In this document: one piece after another, positions 43,962 through 53,362 of the stretch
How the letters are laid out: each line of letters starts with the position of its first letter
Position numbering within the stretch: the first letter of the stretch is position 1
NCBI GenBank assembly: GCA_016206155.1
Contig: JACQSC010000001.1
Span: forward strand, 71,105-125,370
Reading direction: 5' to 3'
DNA: 54,266 nt
Source: Candidatus Uhrbacteria bacterium
GTDB lineage: Bacteria > Patescibacteriota > Patescibacteriia > JACQRZ01
Made by a program: the position numbers and the translations under genes
Notes under the pieces: generated by a model
The model's database searches: none
Seen by the model: only the letters and a program-made list of their open reading frames with translations
Told to the model about the DNA's origin: nothing

Positions 43962-45937
43962 ATGCAATTGAAGTTCGTAATCTTTCAAAAAAGTTTGTCT
44001 ACTATCCCTCGCAGCGTGATCGATTATTTGACATGGTATCGGGAGGTAGAACAAAAAAAGGGAATGACTTCTGGGCGTTAAAGGATATTAGTTTTGAGGT
44101 GCCAAAAGGTACAACTTTCGGCATTATTGGACAAAATGGATCTGGAAAAAGTACATTATTAAGCATTCTTGCCGGTGTTCTCCGGCCAACATCGGGATCA
44201 TATACCGTTAATGGAAAAGTGGCTGCAATTTTAGAACTTGGTTCCGGATTTCATCATGAGTTTACCGGGCGAGAGAATGTGTATATGTATGGAGCGATAC
44301 TTGGTCTATCGCGAGCAGAGATCGGTAGTCGTTTTGATGACATCATAGATTTTTCCGAACTCCATGAATTTATCGATCGACCGTTATATACCTATTCTTC
44401 CGGCATGGTTGTTCGGCTCGCTTTTTCTGTTGCCGTCAACGTTGACGCGGATATATTGATTATCGATGAAGCGCTGGCTGTTGGGGATGCGCTGTTTCAG
44501 CATAGATGCTTTTTGAAAATTCAAGCGCTTCAAGCGGCCGGGAAATCTATTTTATATGTTGGTCATGACATAGAAACACTTCGCAGTATATGTAACGCCG
44601 CGCTTCTTCTTGATGGAGGAAAAATAATCCGACAGGGGCACACAGCGAACGATGTCGTTAATTTTTACGCAGCTCTTATTAAAGAACGCGAACAACAGTA
44701 TAGAGAAAAATCGGCAAGCCCGAAAAAAAATATTTACAACGGCGCGTTCATTGCAGACAATGAACACCATGCTAAAAAAAGGGGTATACGATTTGGCACA
44801 AAAGATGTTGAAATTCAAAACATAGAGATGCTGGGTAATGGACTTCAGCCAAAAAATAATTTTCAATCAGGTGAAAATGTTCATATACGAATATCGTTAC
44901 GATCTAACAAAGATATTGAAAGCGGGTTAAATATAGGGTTTGTCGTCAGGAGTAACTATGGAGAGGTCTACGGCATAAACACACATTGGCTCAAGGTAGA
45001 CGTCACGCCAAAAAGATGCGGTGATACATTTGAGGTCGAATTTGTTCAAAAATTGAATCTTGGAGCAGGCATGTATACGTTATCACCAATTGTTGCCTAC
45101 AAATATTCAGCAGATGACGAGGCGCCACTGGATTGGCTGAATGACTGGTTTACGTTCACTATACAATCAAATGATATTTTTCTTGGGTGCGCCAATCTGC
45201 AATCGAGCGTTTCTGTTTCTGGTCAGACAATGCCGCAAATCATGAATACGGATGAGTTAGCAACATGCCATAGAAATGTTTTATCATTGTATGGCGCTTC
45301 GGGAATAGCCGCGCGCATACTTGAACAATGGTCAATTCCAGTATCGGATTATGAAATACTTGCTAATGGAATTCACGAAAAAAAACCTGCAAAAATTTTG
45401 GAAATAGGAACATTCGTAGGTGTGTCGACATTTCTCATGTCTGCGCTTCTTGATGATACGCAACACATATATTCTATAGATCCAAATCTTTTACTGATCG
45501 ATGAAATTGAAGCTGTTGATGGCGCGCAGGAGCTTCTCCCACGGTCAATTCGAACTCAAGATATTGCAAGAGCGGTAAAAAACAGGCATTTTGCCGAAAA
45601 GAATATAGATTTTCTTGAAGGCTGTTTAAATTATGATTCATCTTATAGCCAGGTAGGCGGTATTCGAAAACTACTTCCCGACCTGCTGGACCAGAAGGTA
45701 ACATTTGATTTTATTTTTATCGATGGCCTTCATTTTACAGATGCTGTTTTATCAGATCTTTGTGCCTCCGTTAAAATTCTCGCAAAAGAAGGTGTTATTT
45801 TTCTCCATGACGGAAGGGGAAGATGGGCCGAAGAGGTGTTGTTTGGGGTTTGCAAGTTTATCGAGAAGCATCAACACTATGAATTGACCCGTTTTCCGGA
45901 TAGCTCCATTGTGAAATTACGAAATACGTATGAATGA
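43958..45937 (+). CDS. wzt: Wzt-like ABC ATPase with a Wzt_C-type carbohydrate-binding module and a C-terminal class I methyltransferase-like domain
   Basis: Walker A GQNGSGKST, signature YSSGM and Walker B ILIIDEAL. A beta-sandwich region spans about aa 275-415. About aa 430-659 carry ILEIGTFVGVSTF...FDFIFIDGLH...LHDGRGRWAEEVL. Confidence 0.85.
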   Translation: MNAIEVRNLSKKFVYYPSQRDRLFDMVSGGRTKKGNDFWALKDISFEVPKGTTFGIIGQNGSGKSTLLSILAGVLRPTSGSYTVNGKVAAILELGSGFHHEFTGRENVYMYGAILGLSRAEIGSRFDDIIDFSELHEFIDRPLYTYSSGMVVRLAFSVAVNVDADILIIDEALAVGDALFQHRCFLKIQALQAAGKSILYVGHDIETLRSICNAALLLDGGKIIRQGHTANDVVNFYAALIKEREQQYREKSASPKKNIYNGAFIADNEHHAKKRGIRFGTKDVEIQNIEMLGNGLQPKNNFQSGENVHIRISLRSNKDIESGLNIGFVVRSNYGEVYGINTHWLKVDVTPKRCGDTFEVEFVQKLNLGAGMYTLSPIVAYKYSADDEAPLDWLNDWFTFTIQSNDIFLGCANLQSSVSVSGQTMPQIMNTDELATCHRNVLSLYGASGIAARILEQWSIPVSDYEILANGIHEKKPAKILEIGTFVGVSTFLMSALLDDTQHIYSIDPNLLLIDEIEAVDGAQELLPRSIRTQDIARAVKNRHFAEKNIDFLEGCLNYDSSYSQVGGIRKLLPDLLDQKVTFDFIFIDGLHFTDAVLSDLCASVKILAKEGVIFLHDGRGRWAEEVLFGVCKFIEKHQHYELTRFPDSSIVKLRNTYE

Positions 45938-46754
45938 TTTCTCGCGATCGGATTACGATAAGGTGTTTTTTGATTCAATAAAAGACGGATCACTATCTTC
46001 GGCAAAAATAATTGTTCCAAAGATAATTGATGTATTTCAACCAAAGAACGTGATTGATGTTGGATGTGGTACCGGATCATGGCTTTCAGTGTTTGAAGCC
46101 GCGGGCATCGATATTTTTGGTGTTGACGGAGGTTCCATTGACGAGAGTCAGTTACTGATACCGAGGGATAAGTATGTATCAATGGATGTGTCATCAGATA
46201 TTCATTTTGATCGTACATTTGATATAGCCCTTTGTTTAGAAGTTGCTGAACATCTTCCACCCGAGAAGTCGGAAAAGTTTATAGGTTTTCTTGCGTCGTT
46301 AGCTCCTATTGTAATTTTTTCCGCCGCTATTCCCGGGCAAGGGGGAACAAACCATATCAACGAGCAATGGCCCATATATTGGATCGAACTATTTAGCGCT
46401 CATTCATTCGATGTGCTTGATATTTTTAGAACTATTTTTTGGGATAATCAGGATATTGAGCCGTGGTATCGTCAAAATCTCTTTGCTTTTGTTAGCAAGA
46501 AATACCCTCATTTTTCTCATAATCATCCAGCAAGTGGTCAGATTTCTGCACTTGTTCATCCAGAAATTTTTTCTCGACGCGTAGATTCGATCATCACGGA
46601 AAAAGATTCGATCATCACGGAAAAAGATTCTATCATCACGGAAAAAGATTCGATCATCGCTAATTGCAATGCGCATCTTGACTACATCGCTCATTCATTT
46701 TCATGGAAGGTCACAAAGCCGCTAAGATATTTGAAGAGATTGACGCGATTGTGA
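45930..46754 (+). CDS. class I SAM-dependent methyltransferase with a C-terminal heptad-repeat tail
   Basis: VIDVGCGTGSWL motif I. The tail is DSIITEK x3.7 followed by SFSWKVTKPLRYLKRL. Confidence 0.85.
   Translation: MNDFSRSDYDKVFFDSIKDGSLSSAKIIVPKIIDVFQPKNVIDVGCGTGSWLSVFEAAGIDIFGVDGGSIDESQLLIPRDKYVSMDVSSDIHFDRTFDIALCLEVAEHLPPEKSEKFIGFLASLAPIVIFSAAIPGQGGTNHINEQWPIYWIELFSAHSFDVLDIFRTIFWDNQDIEPWYRQNLFAFVSKKYPHFSHNHPASGQISALVHPEIFSRRVDSIITEKDSIITEKDSIITEKDSIIANCNAHLDYIAHSFSWKVTKPLRYLKRLTRL
46584..46660 (+). repeat. 21-bp tandem repeat x3.7 (GATTCGATCATCACGGAAAAA) encoding DSIITEK heptads
   Basis: Units start at 46584, 46605 and 46626, with a partial unit at 46647. Unit 3 differs by one synonymous change (tcg->tct). 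Confidence 0.9.
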
Positions 46755-46765
46755 ACAGAAATTTT

Positions 46766-48835
46766 ATGGCTCAAAAAGATGAAAAGGACTTATTTTTTTC
46801 CATCGCAATTGCATCCGCCGGTGAATTGCCCGCTATAGGAAATACGGTAGCGCTAGACCTGTCTGAAAGAGCTTTAAAGGCTAGAGATGAGCAGATTGGC
46901 CGTCTAGAATTGGAGGTAGTAGAACTAAAAAAACAGATTCAGTCAACAGCAATAGAACTAGTACAAATTAAGAAAACAATTCACTGGAAAATATCAACGG
47001 CATATGTTTTTTTTGATTACCTGTTTCCACGCAATTCAAAAAGGCGAGCTGCGGTTTTATCATTTATTTTTTTTATAAAAAAAAACATCCATTTTGTGCA
47101 GAATTTATTTCGGAAAAATAGTAGGAAAAATTTACACCAAGACGAACCAGTCAAGGGAGGCGTTGCGATTTATATTGGTTCGAACAGTCAGCAATGTCTG
47201 GGTGAGGTTGCAGAGTTATTGCGCTGTGGGTTTGAAGAAATAGGCATGAATGTTAGATGCGGGAACGAAAAATTGGGATTTTTTGATGATGTGGAATGGC
47301 ACATAATTATAGCGGCTTGCGAATTTTTTTTCAATACCCCAGAGGGCCAGGGATTAGCAGAAAAATTGCCAAGAAATTCCATACTTTTTATCTTAGAGCA
47401 ACCTTATTCACATTGGTATACGCAAATAGAATCATTATTCAAATTCGCCCACGCATTGTGGAGCCCGGATTATTCCACTTGCAGACTATTGGAAGCTCAA
47501 AACTATAAGCATGTCGTATTTATGCCACTCGGATATTCTGCAAAATTTAATCTGTATAAGGAAATTCCCATTCTCCCGAACAATACGTTCACGAGCTTCC
47601 TTCCCGATAGCACAAAAAAATATTCCTTTTCCCATCATCCATGGCACGAAAGACCAATTGATATAACAATTTTCTGTCACTTGACCGAAAGGAGAAACGA
47701 ATTTTTTGCGAAAAATGCCCACATATTTTCTAAATATAATTGCTATTTTGTATTCGTAAATGCCGCTAACGGATTAGTTGTTGCAAGTGATAGTCGCCCC
47801 CCGGATACGGAAACAACAAATGGCATTATTCAACGAAGCAAAATATTGATAAATATCCATAGAAGTTCATTGCAGTATTTTGAATGGCATAGGATTGTGA
47901 TGCAGGGCGTTTGGAACAAAGCGTTGATAATCAGTGAAAAATGTGAGGACGGCTTTCCCTTTCAAAATGGCAAAGACTATGTTATGTGCGAGATCGAAGA
48001 AATTGCAGATAGGGTTGATTTTTTTTTGTCACCTAAGGGTGAAGTGTCAGCCAACGAAATGACATCAAGCGCATATCGTAAATTAACGACACAGTGCCAA
48101 ATCAGTGATTTTCTAAACAAAAATATATCCACATTTTCTACTAAAAAAGCAAGAGATATTCACAAGGACGTATTGGCGATGTACAAGCATTATGGTATTG
48201 ACGAGACAATATTACGACAATGGTCAATTTTCGAGGACGATTGGGAAATTATTGATACAGAGTTGCAACAAGCAGCCAGTCTTAAAAATGTATTAGAGGT
48301 AGGCACGTTTATGGGCGTTTCTACTTTCTGCATTGCACAGCGTTTAATTAATAATGACCAGCACCTATACACCATTGATCCGAACGCATTATTGGAAACA
48401 GAGGTGCCGTCAGTTGACAAGGAGTTTGCTGGTGGGAGGTACACGTTATTAGGAAGGCCTCAGGATATTGCAAAGAATATTTTTCGAGCGACTGGTTTGA
48501 AAAGAAATATACACTTTCTTCAAGGATGTCTCGACTATCAGCGATCAAATGACGGCAGCCAGAATTTAAGGAGGTGGTCTTTAGATTTTACCAAGAAAGA
48601 AATGAAATTTGATTTTATTTTTATTGACGCAAACCATTGCGCAGATGCGGTATATTCCGATGTTAGCTCGTCGACAAAAATTCTTGCTGATGGCGGAGTA
48701 ATTCTCTTGCATGATGGAAGGGGGCGATGGGCAGAGGAAGTGTTATATGGCATCTGCAAGTTCTTAGAGGAAAATAATAATTACACCGTATCCCGTCGAT
48801 TAAATGGCACAATACTAAAGCTGGAAAGAAAATGA
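46766..48835 (+). CDS. WbdD-like multidomain protein: N-terminal coiled coil, GT-B-like central region, C-terminal methyltransferase-like domain
   Basis: Coiled coil RDEQIGRLELEVVELKKQIQ plus IHWKIS. The central region has ILINIHRSSLQYFEWHRIVMQG. The C-terminus (VLEVGTFMGVSTF...FDFIFIDANH...LHDGRGRWAEEVL) is paralogous to the Wzt C-terminus. The ATG at 46766 is preferred. Confidence 0.75.
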   Translation: MAQKDEKDLFFSIAIASAGELPAIGNTVALDLSERALKARDEQIGRLELEVVELKKQIQSTAIELVQIKKTIHWKISTAYVFFDYLFPRNSKRRAAVLSFIFFIKKNIHFVQNLFRKNSRKNLHQDEPVKGGVAIYIGSNSQQCLGEVAELLRCGFEEIGMNVRCGNEKLGFFDDVEWHIIIAACEFFFNTPEGQGLAEKLPRNSILFILEQPYSHWYTQIESLFKFAHALWSPDYSTCRLLEAQNYKHVVFMPLGYSAKFNLYKEIPILPNNTFTSFLPDSTKKYSFSHHPWHERPIDITIFCHLTERRNEFFAKNAHIFSKYNCYFVFVNAANGLVVASDSRPPDTETTNGIIQRSKILINIHRSSLQYFEWHRIVMQGVWNKALIISEKCEDGFPFQNGKDYVMCEIEEIADRVDFFLSPKGEVSANEMTSSAYRKLTTQCQISDFLNKNISTFSTKKARDIHKDVLAMYKHYGIDETILRQWSIFEDDWEIIDTELQQAASLKNVLEVGTFMGVSTFCIAQRLINNDQHLYTIDPNALLETEVPSVDKEFAGGRYTLLGRPQDIAKNIFRATGLKRNIHFLQGCLDYQRSNDGSQNLRRWSLDFTKKEMKFDFIFIDANHCADAVYSDVSSSTKILADGGVILLHDGRGRWAEEVLYGICKFLEENNNYTVSRRLNGTILKLERK

Positions 48836-48838
48836 TTT

Positions 48839-49594
48839 ATGCGAAGACGCGCTGTTTATACTCTTGTGCACAATGAATCGATATTTCTCCCCATCTGGCT
48901 AACATACTACAGCAGATATTTCGATTACTCGGACATATATGTGATCGACCATCAGAGTACGGACGGAAGCACCACAAAATTACCGTGCAATGTTATTCAA
49001 GTGACGCATGAATTTGTGCACGATGATTTGTTCATGCATGAAATGATAACGAAATTTCAGTATAGATTACTGGAGGGGTATAAATATGTTTTATATGTTG
49101 ATTGCGATGAGTTTGTTTACCATCAAGATGGTCTGGATGCCTACATCGATTCGATGGATCGTCCATGCATAATGGCAAACGGCTATGAACTAGTCCACAT
49201 GAGAAATCGAGAAGCGCCAATTAACCTATCTCAGCCGATTCTAAATCAGCGAAATTATTGGATTCGAAGCAAATACTACTCTAAACCAGTTTTATCAGCG
49301 ATTCCATTTTATTGGGGCATAGGAAGGCATGGCGCAGAAAACGGTGGTTATTTTGATGAAAATTTTTTTCTTTTACATTTAAAAAGAATGGATTATGATA
49401 TTGCATTAAAAAAAAATGAATTGACGGCAGTTTCAAATATTAGTCCTATCAACAAAAAATATGCGTGGGGTTATCAATGTTGGCTCACAGGTCAAGGATT
49501 TGACTCCTGGTTTTATACAGATTTCTATCCAAATTATCTTGATGCGCATATTGAGCCAATCATCGATAAAGTTAAAAAATTTATGCCACTTTAA
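48839..49594 (+). CDS. putative glycosyltransferase (GT2/GT92-like fold)
   Basis: IYVIDHQSTDGS and DxD-like YVDCDEF. Confidence 0.6.
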   Translation: MRRRAVYTLVHNESIFLPIWLTYYSRYFDYSDIYVIDHQSTDGSTTKLPCNVIQVTHEFVHDDLFMHEMITKFQYRLLEGYKYVLYVDCDEFVYHQDGLDAYIDSMDRPCIMANGYELVHMRNREAPINLSQPILNQRNYWIRSKYYSKPVLSAIPFYWGIGRHGAENGGYFDENFFLLHLKRMDYDIALKKNELTAVSNISPINKKYAWGYQCWLTGQGFDSWFYTDFYPNYLDAHIEPIIDKVKKFMPL

Positions 49595-49609
49595 TACGGG
49601 CTATCATAT

Positions 49610-50332
49610 ATGAACAATGAGGATCTTATCTTTGATACCAGAAATCCTAATCGAAAAGCTGAAGTGTCAGTAGTTTTGGTTTTTAATAGCTCAAATTATC
49701 ATATCGACATAAAATCAGTTCTGGAGTCAATAGAAGGACAAACTTTGAAGAGCTTAGAAATTATCATTTATGATAATGGATCAAACACATATAGACTTAA
49801 GTCGCTCCGATCATATTTATCTCGTAGTAGGCAATTCGGCGGAGGGGCGCTATTGCTAAATTTTATTAGTCAAAGAACTTTTTCGCAAATTTCAAGCATG
49901 ACTCTAAAATATGCCACGGCGCAATATATCTTATTTCTTGATGACAATATTTTTCTCTACCCGCGTTGCATTGGCTCATTGTTAAGCGCACTAAAAAATT
50001 CTAATGCGAGTTTTACTCATTGTTATATAGAAATATTCGGCGCATCTAGAGGAATATTCAATGCATATCCATGGAACGATCAATCGTTAATGGTCGGTGA
50101 ACCGGCTGAGAAATTTGTGCTAATAAAAAAAGCTATTTTGGAAAAGTCTAGAAATTACTCAGAGGATTGTCTTAAATCGGAAAACTATCAATTTTGGTCA
50201 AAGGTTAACGCGATCGGAGGCGACGGAATTCTGGTTCCTGAAATTTTGATGAGATGCAAGATTAATTCGAACACAAAATATAGACCGATAGAGTCACAAC
50301 TTGAACGAACGATATCGTATGAATATTTTTAA
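49610..50332 (+). CDS. family 2 glycosyltransferase-like protein
   Basis: VSVVLVFNSS...IIIYDNGSN...ILFLDDNIFL (DxD). Confidence 0.7.
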   Translation: MNNEDLIFDTRNPNRKAEVSVVLVFNSSNYHIDIKSVLESIEGQTLKSLEIIIYDNGSNTYRLKSLRSYLSRSRQFGGGALLLNFISQRTFSQISSMTLKYATAQYILFLDDNIFLYPRCIGSLLSALKNSNASFTHCYIEIFGASRGIFNAYPWNDQSLMVGEPAEKFVLIKKAILEKSRNYSEDCLKSENYQFWSKVNAIGGDGILVPEILMRCKINSNTKYRPIESQLERTISYEYF

Positions 50333-51056
50333 TGAAAACCGACAAATCTGCTTCTCCACTCCGCGGCGGCTTACCGAAGACACGTCGTGGCATATTCATA
50401 TTCCGCTCGCATTTTATTTAGTTCAACAGTTGCGACCAAAGGTAATTGTTGAGCTCGGTGTGGGAGCTGGCGATTCATACGGCGCATGGTGTCAAGCAGT
50501 CACGGAATTAGAAATTTTTGCAACGTGCTATGGTTTTAATATTACATCTAATTGTAAACATGGGCGCAATATTAACGAGAGTAAATTCGAAGAGCTTGTA
50601 TCCTATCATGATCAACTCTACGGTAAATTTTCTAAACTAAATCATACAACCGCCCATGGCGCACTTAGTTATTTTGATGACGGCGCCATAGATCTACTGC
50701 ATATTAACGGTTTAAATGTCGATGAATTTTTAAATTGCGATTTCGATCTATGGCTTCGAAAGATGAGTAAAAATGGAATAATACTAATACACGGTATCAA
50801 TGTGAAGAATCAGAATATATGTTTCTCTAAGTTTAGCGCGCATTTAAGAAAGAATTTTCCTTATATTGAATTTCCGCATGGTTTCGGCCTTGGTATCGCA
50901 GCTATTAATCAGTTTGCACCAGCCGCCATAAAATGTTTTTTTAATAAAAATGGTGTGGAAATCGGAAATATAATTCGTTTTTTTTATCTACTAGGTCGGA
51001 GCGTGCTTCTTTATTCCAATGAAAAAAAATGGCCGTTATCTGGCGGGCATGAATAG
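50319..51056 (+). CDS. class I methyltransferase-like protein (Methyltransf_24/CmcI-like)
   Basis: SWHIHIPLAFYLVQQLRPKVIVELGVGAGDSY...IDLLHINGLN...IILIHG. It is paralogous to 52460-53362. The ATG at 50319 is preferred over the track's TTG at 50301. Confidence 0.7.
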   Translation: MNIFNENRQICFSTPRRLTEDTSWHIHIPLAFYLVQQLRPKVIVELGVGAGDSYGAWCQAVTELEIFATCYGFNITSNCKHGRNINESKFEELVSYHDQLYGKFSKLNHTTAHGALSYFDDGAIDLLHINGLNVDEFLNCDFDLWLRKMSKNGIILIHGINVKNQNICFSKFSAHLRKNFPYIEFPHGFGLGIAAINQFAPAAIKCFFNKNGVEIGNIIRFFYLLGRSVLLYSNEKKWPLSGGHE

Positions 51057-51096
51057 TTCCCGAGACCTCATATAGAAATGATGTTGCATAAGCAGG

Positions 51097-52329
51097 ATGA
51101 GTAACTTTCAATCCAATATGGACAAATGCACAATTAAACCAATTGCATTTTATCTTCCCCAGTACCATCCAATTCCAGAAAACGATCGCTGGTGGGGGGA
51201 TGGTTTTACTGAGTGGGTGAATGTAAAAAAAGCAAAGCCTCTATTTAACGGGCATTATCAGCCGCATGTTCCGTCGGATACTATTGGGTATTATGATTTG
51301 CGAGATGATAGAGTACGAGAGCGCCAGGCAGAAATTGCTAAACATTACGGCATCTATGGATTTTGCTATTATTATTACTGGTTTAACGGTAAAAAATTGC
51401 TGGATTACCCATTATCAGAGGTACTTCGTCTTAAGCGTCCCGATTTTCCATTTTGCGTATGTTGGGCGAACGAGAACTGGACAAGAAGATGGGATGGGAC
51501 AACTGGTGTTGTTTTAATGAAGCAGTCGGAGCAAAGTAATGATGCAATAAAAATTATTTACGATTTATTACCAATTTTTAATGATAATCGCTATATTCGC
51601 ATTGGCGGGAAACCACTATTTATCGTCTATAGGGCAGATTTACTTCAAGATCCACTCAGGGTTACTCAAGCATGGCGAAGAATATGTGCCGAGAATGGCA
51701 TGGGCGGAATTTACTTATGTTGTGTGCGGTCATTTGATGTAATTGATCCAAAAATTTTTGGATTCGATTCAGCGATTGAAATGCCCCCACATCAGTACAT
51801 GAGAAGTCTAGAGATAAGGAATTTTCACGCATATCATGCTAATGAATTTAAAGGAAAGGCATATGACTACGGAAAAATTCTAAATACTGCGCGCACTAGA
51901 GCAGAACATGAGTATACGTTGTTTAGGGGAATTATGCCATCATGGGATAATACAGCTCGTTTAGGTAAAAACGCATTAGTTTACATCAATGTTGATTCGG
52001 AGGAATATCGATCATGGCTTCAATATATTTGTGCCTATACTACCATCATGAACGAGCCAGATAAGCAGTATATTTTTATAAACGCATGGAATGAATGGGG
52101 TGAGGGATGTCATCTTGAGCCAGATAAAAAAAACGAATACAGATATTTGGAGATAACGAAGGATGTTGTCGGAGACAATGAGAGATCACTGCAAGCGATT
52201 ATTTTTAATCTCCAATCAGCTACCGAAAAACTTCTGATCTCGGCTGACGATTTATGCGCAATAAAAAAAACAATTTTCCGGAAGATTTCAAAAAAAATTT
52301 ATGCTTTTTATGATAAAGTTTTTAAGTGA
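51097..52329 (+). CDS. WbsX-family (GH99-like) glycan biosynthesis protein
   Basis: IAFYLPQYHPIPENDRWWGDGFTEWVNV...CWANENWTRRWDG...NAWNEWGEG hallmarks. Confidence 0.8.
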   Translation: MSNFQSNMDKCTIKPIAFYLPQYHPIPENDRWWGDGFTEWVNVKKAKPLFNGHYQPHVPSDTIGYYDLRDDRVRERQAEIAKHYGIYGFCYYYYWFNGKKLLDYPLSEVLRLKRPDFPFCVCWANENWTRRWDGTTGVVLMKQSEQSNDAIKIIYDLLPIFNDNRYIRIGGKPLFIVYRADLLQDPLRVTQAWRRICAENGMGGIYLCCVRSFDVIDPKIFGFDSAIEMPPHQYMRSLEIRNFHAYHANEFKGKAYDYGKILNTARTRAEHEYTLFRGIMPSWDNTARLGKNALVYINVDSEEYRSWLQYICAYTTIMNEPDKQYIFINAWNEWGEGCHLEPDKKNEYRYLEITKDVVGDNERSLQAIIFNLQSATEKLLISADDLCAIKKTIFRKISKKIYAFYDKVFK

Positions 52330-52360
52330 AATGAATGGCGTAAGGGACGATTCATTTTTT
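52328..52360 (+). terminator. weak AT-rich hairpin plus T-run after the WbsX-like gene
   Basis: AAATGAAT ... ATTCATTT followed by a T-run. Confidence 0.3.
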
Positions 52361-52459
52361 AACTGCTAGCTGAATTACTAATATCTTCCAAACTTTAATT
52401 TTGCGGATATATTGCTAATTGTGGAGCAATCAGTATGACAAGTAGGACATAGAAGTTTT

Positions 52460-53362
52460 ATGCCAACAGTACATCACAATATGTATTTTCTTCGAGAGCC
52501 TCGTCTGCTAACAGATGTCAATTCGTGGCATATGCATATTCCATTCGCTTTTTATCTTATAGGAATCTTGCAACCAAGACTTATTGTAGAACTCGGCACT
52601 CATAGAGGCGATTCATACTGTTCATTTTTGCAGGCTGTCGCGGATCTCGGCATAGATACTAAGTGTTATGCCGTGGATCACTGGACGGGTGATCAACATT
52701 CTGGATATTACGGAGATGAGGTCTATAATGAGTTGCGACAATACCATGATAAATTCTATTCCGACTTTTCACAATTATTAAGAATGACATTTGATGAAGG
52801 GCTTCAATATTTTTCGGAAAAAAGCATTGATTTTCTCCATATTGACGGAGAGCATACATATGAGGCGGTCAAGCATGATTTTGATTTATGGCTGCCAAAG
52901 ATGAGCGAGAGCGGGGTTCTTCTTCTTCACGATACGGATAAAAAGGACAAAAATTTTGGCGTTTATCGACTATGGGAAAAGCTAAAAAAAATATATCCAT
53001 CAATAAATTTCTCGTACGGTAATGGTCTTGGGATTCTGTTTGTCGGAACTAAAATTTCTTACGAGGTTATCAATGATATAACAAAGAGCTTCCCCCCAGA
53101 TTTTTTTAGAGCACTAGGGGAAAGAGTTTACTTCAAAAAAAAACATGAACTACTCAACTATCAATTAGATGCCACCACCGCAGAGCTCCAATCCACCACC
53201 GCAGAGCTCCATATGATAGAGCGAACTATTTTATGGCGCGCGGCAAGAAAGTTTTATTTCCTGGTCGATAAGTTATTTCCATCTAATACACGGAGGCGTC
53301 AATGGTATAGTCTTATGGTTGAGCGTATTAAGGGTGGCAGAGGCGAGCATAATCTGATATGA
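52460..53362 (+). CDS. class I methyltransferase-like protein with a C-terminal coiled-coil/heptad tail
   Basis: SWHMHIPFAFYLIGILQPRLIVELGTHRGDSY...IDFLHIDGEH...VLLLHD. The tail is TTAELQS x2 followed by TILWRAARKFYFLVDKLFP. Confidence 0.8.
   Translation: MPTVHHNMYFLREPRLLTDVNSWHMHIPFAFYLIGILQPRLIVELGTHRGDSYCSFLQAVADLGIDTKCYAVDHWTGDQHSGYYGDEVYNELRQYHDKFYSDFSQLLRMTFDEGLQYFSEKSIDFLHIDGEHTYEAVKHDFDLWLPKMSESGVLLLHDTDKKDKNFGVYRLWEKLKKIYPSINFSYGNGLGILFVGTKISYEVINDITKSFPPDFFRALGERVYFKKKHELLNYQLDATTAELQSTTAELHMIERTILWRAARKFYFLVDKLFPSNTRRRQWYSLMVERIKGGRGEHNLI
53174..53215 (+). repeat. 21-bp tandem repeat x2 (ACCACCGCAGAGCTCCAATCC) encoding TTAELQS
   Basis: The same repeat family as 54179-54249 in the next gene. 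Confidence 0.85.
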
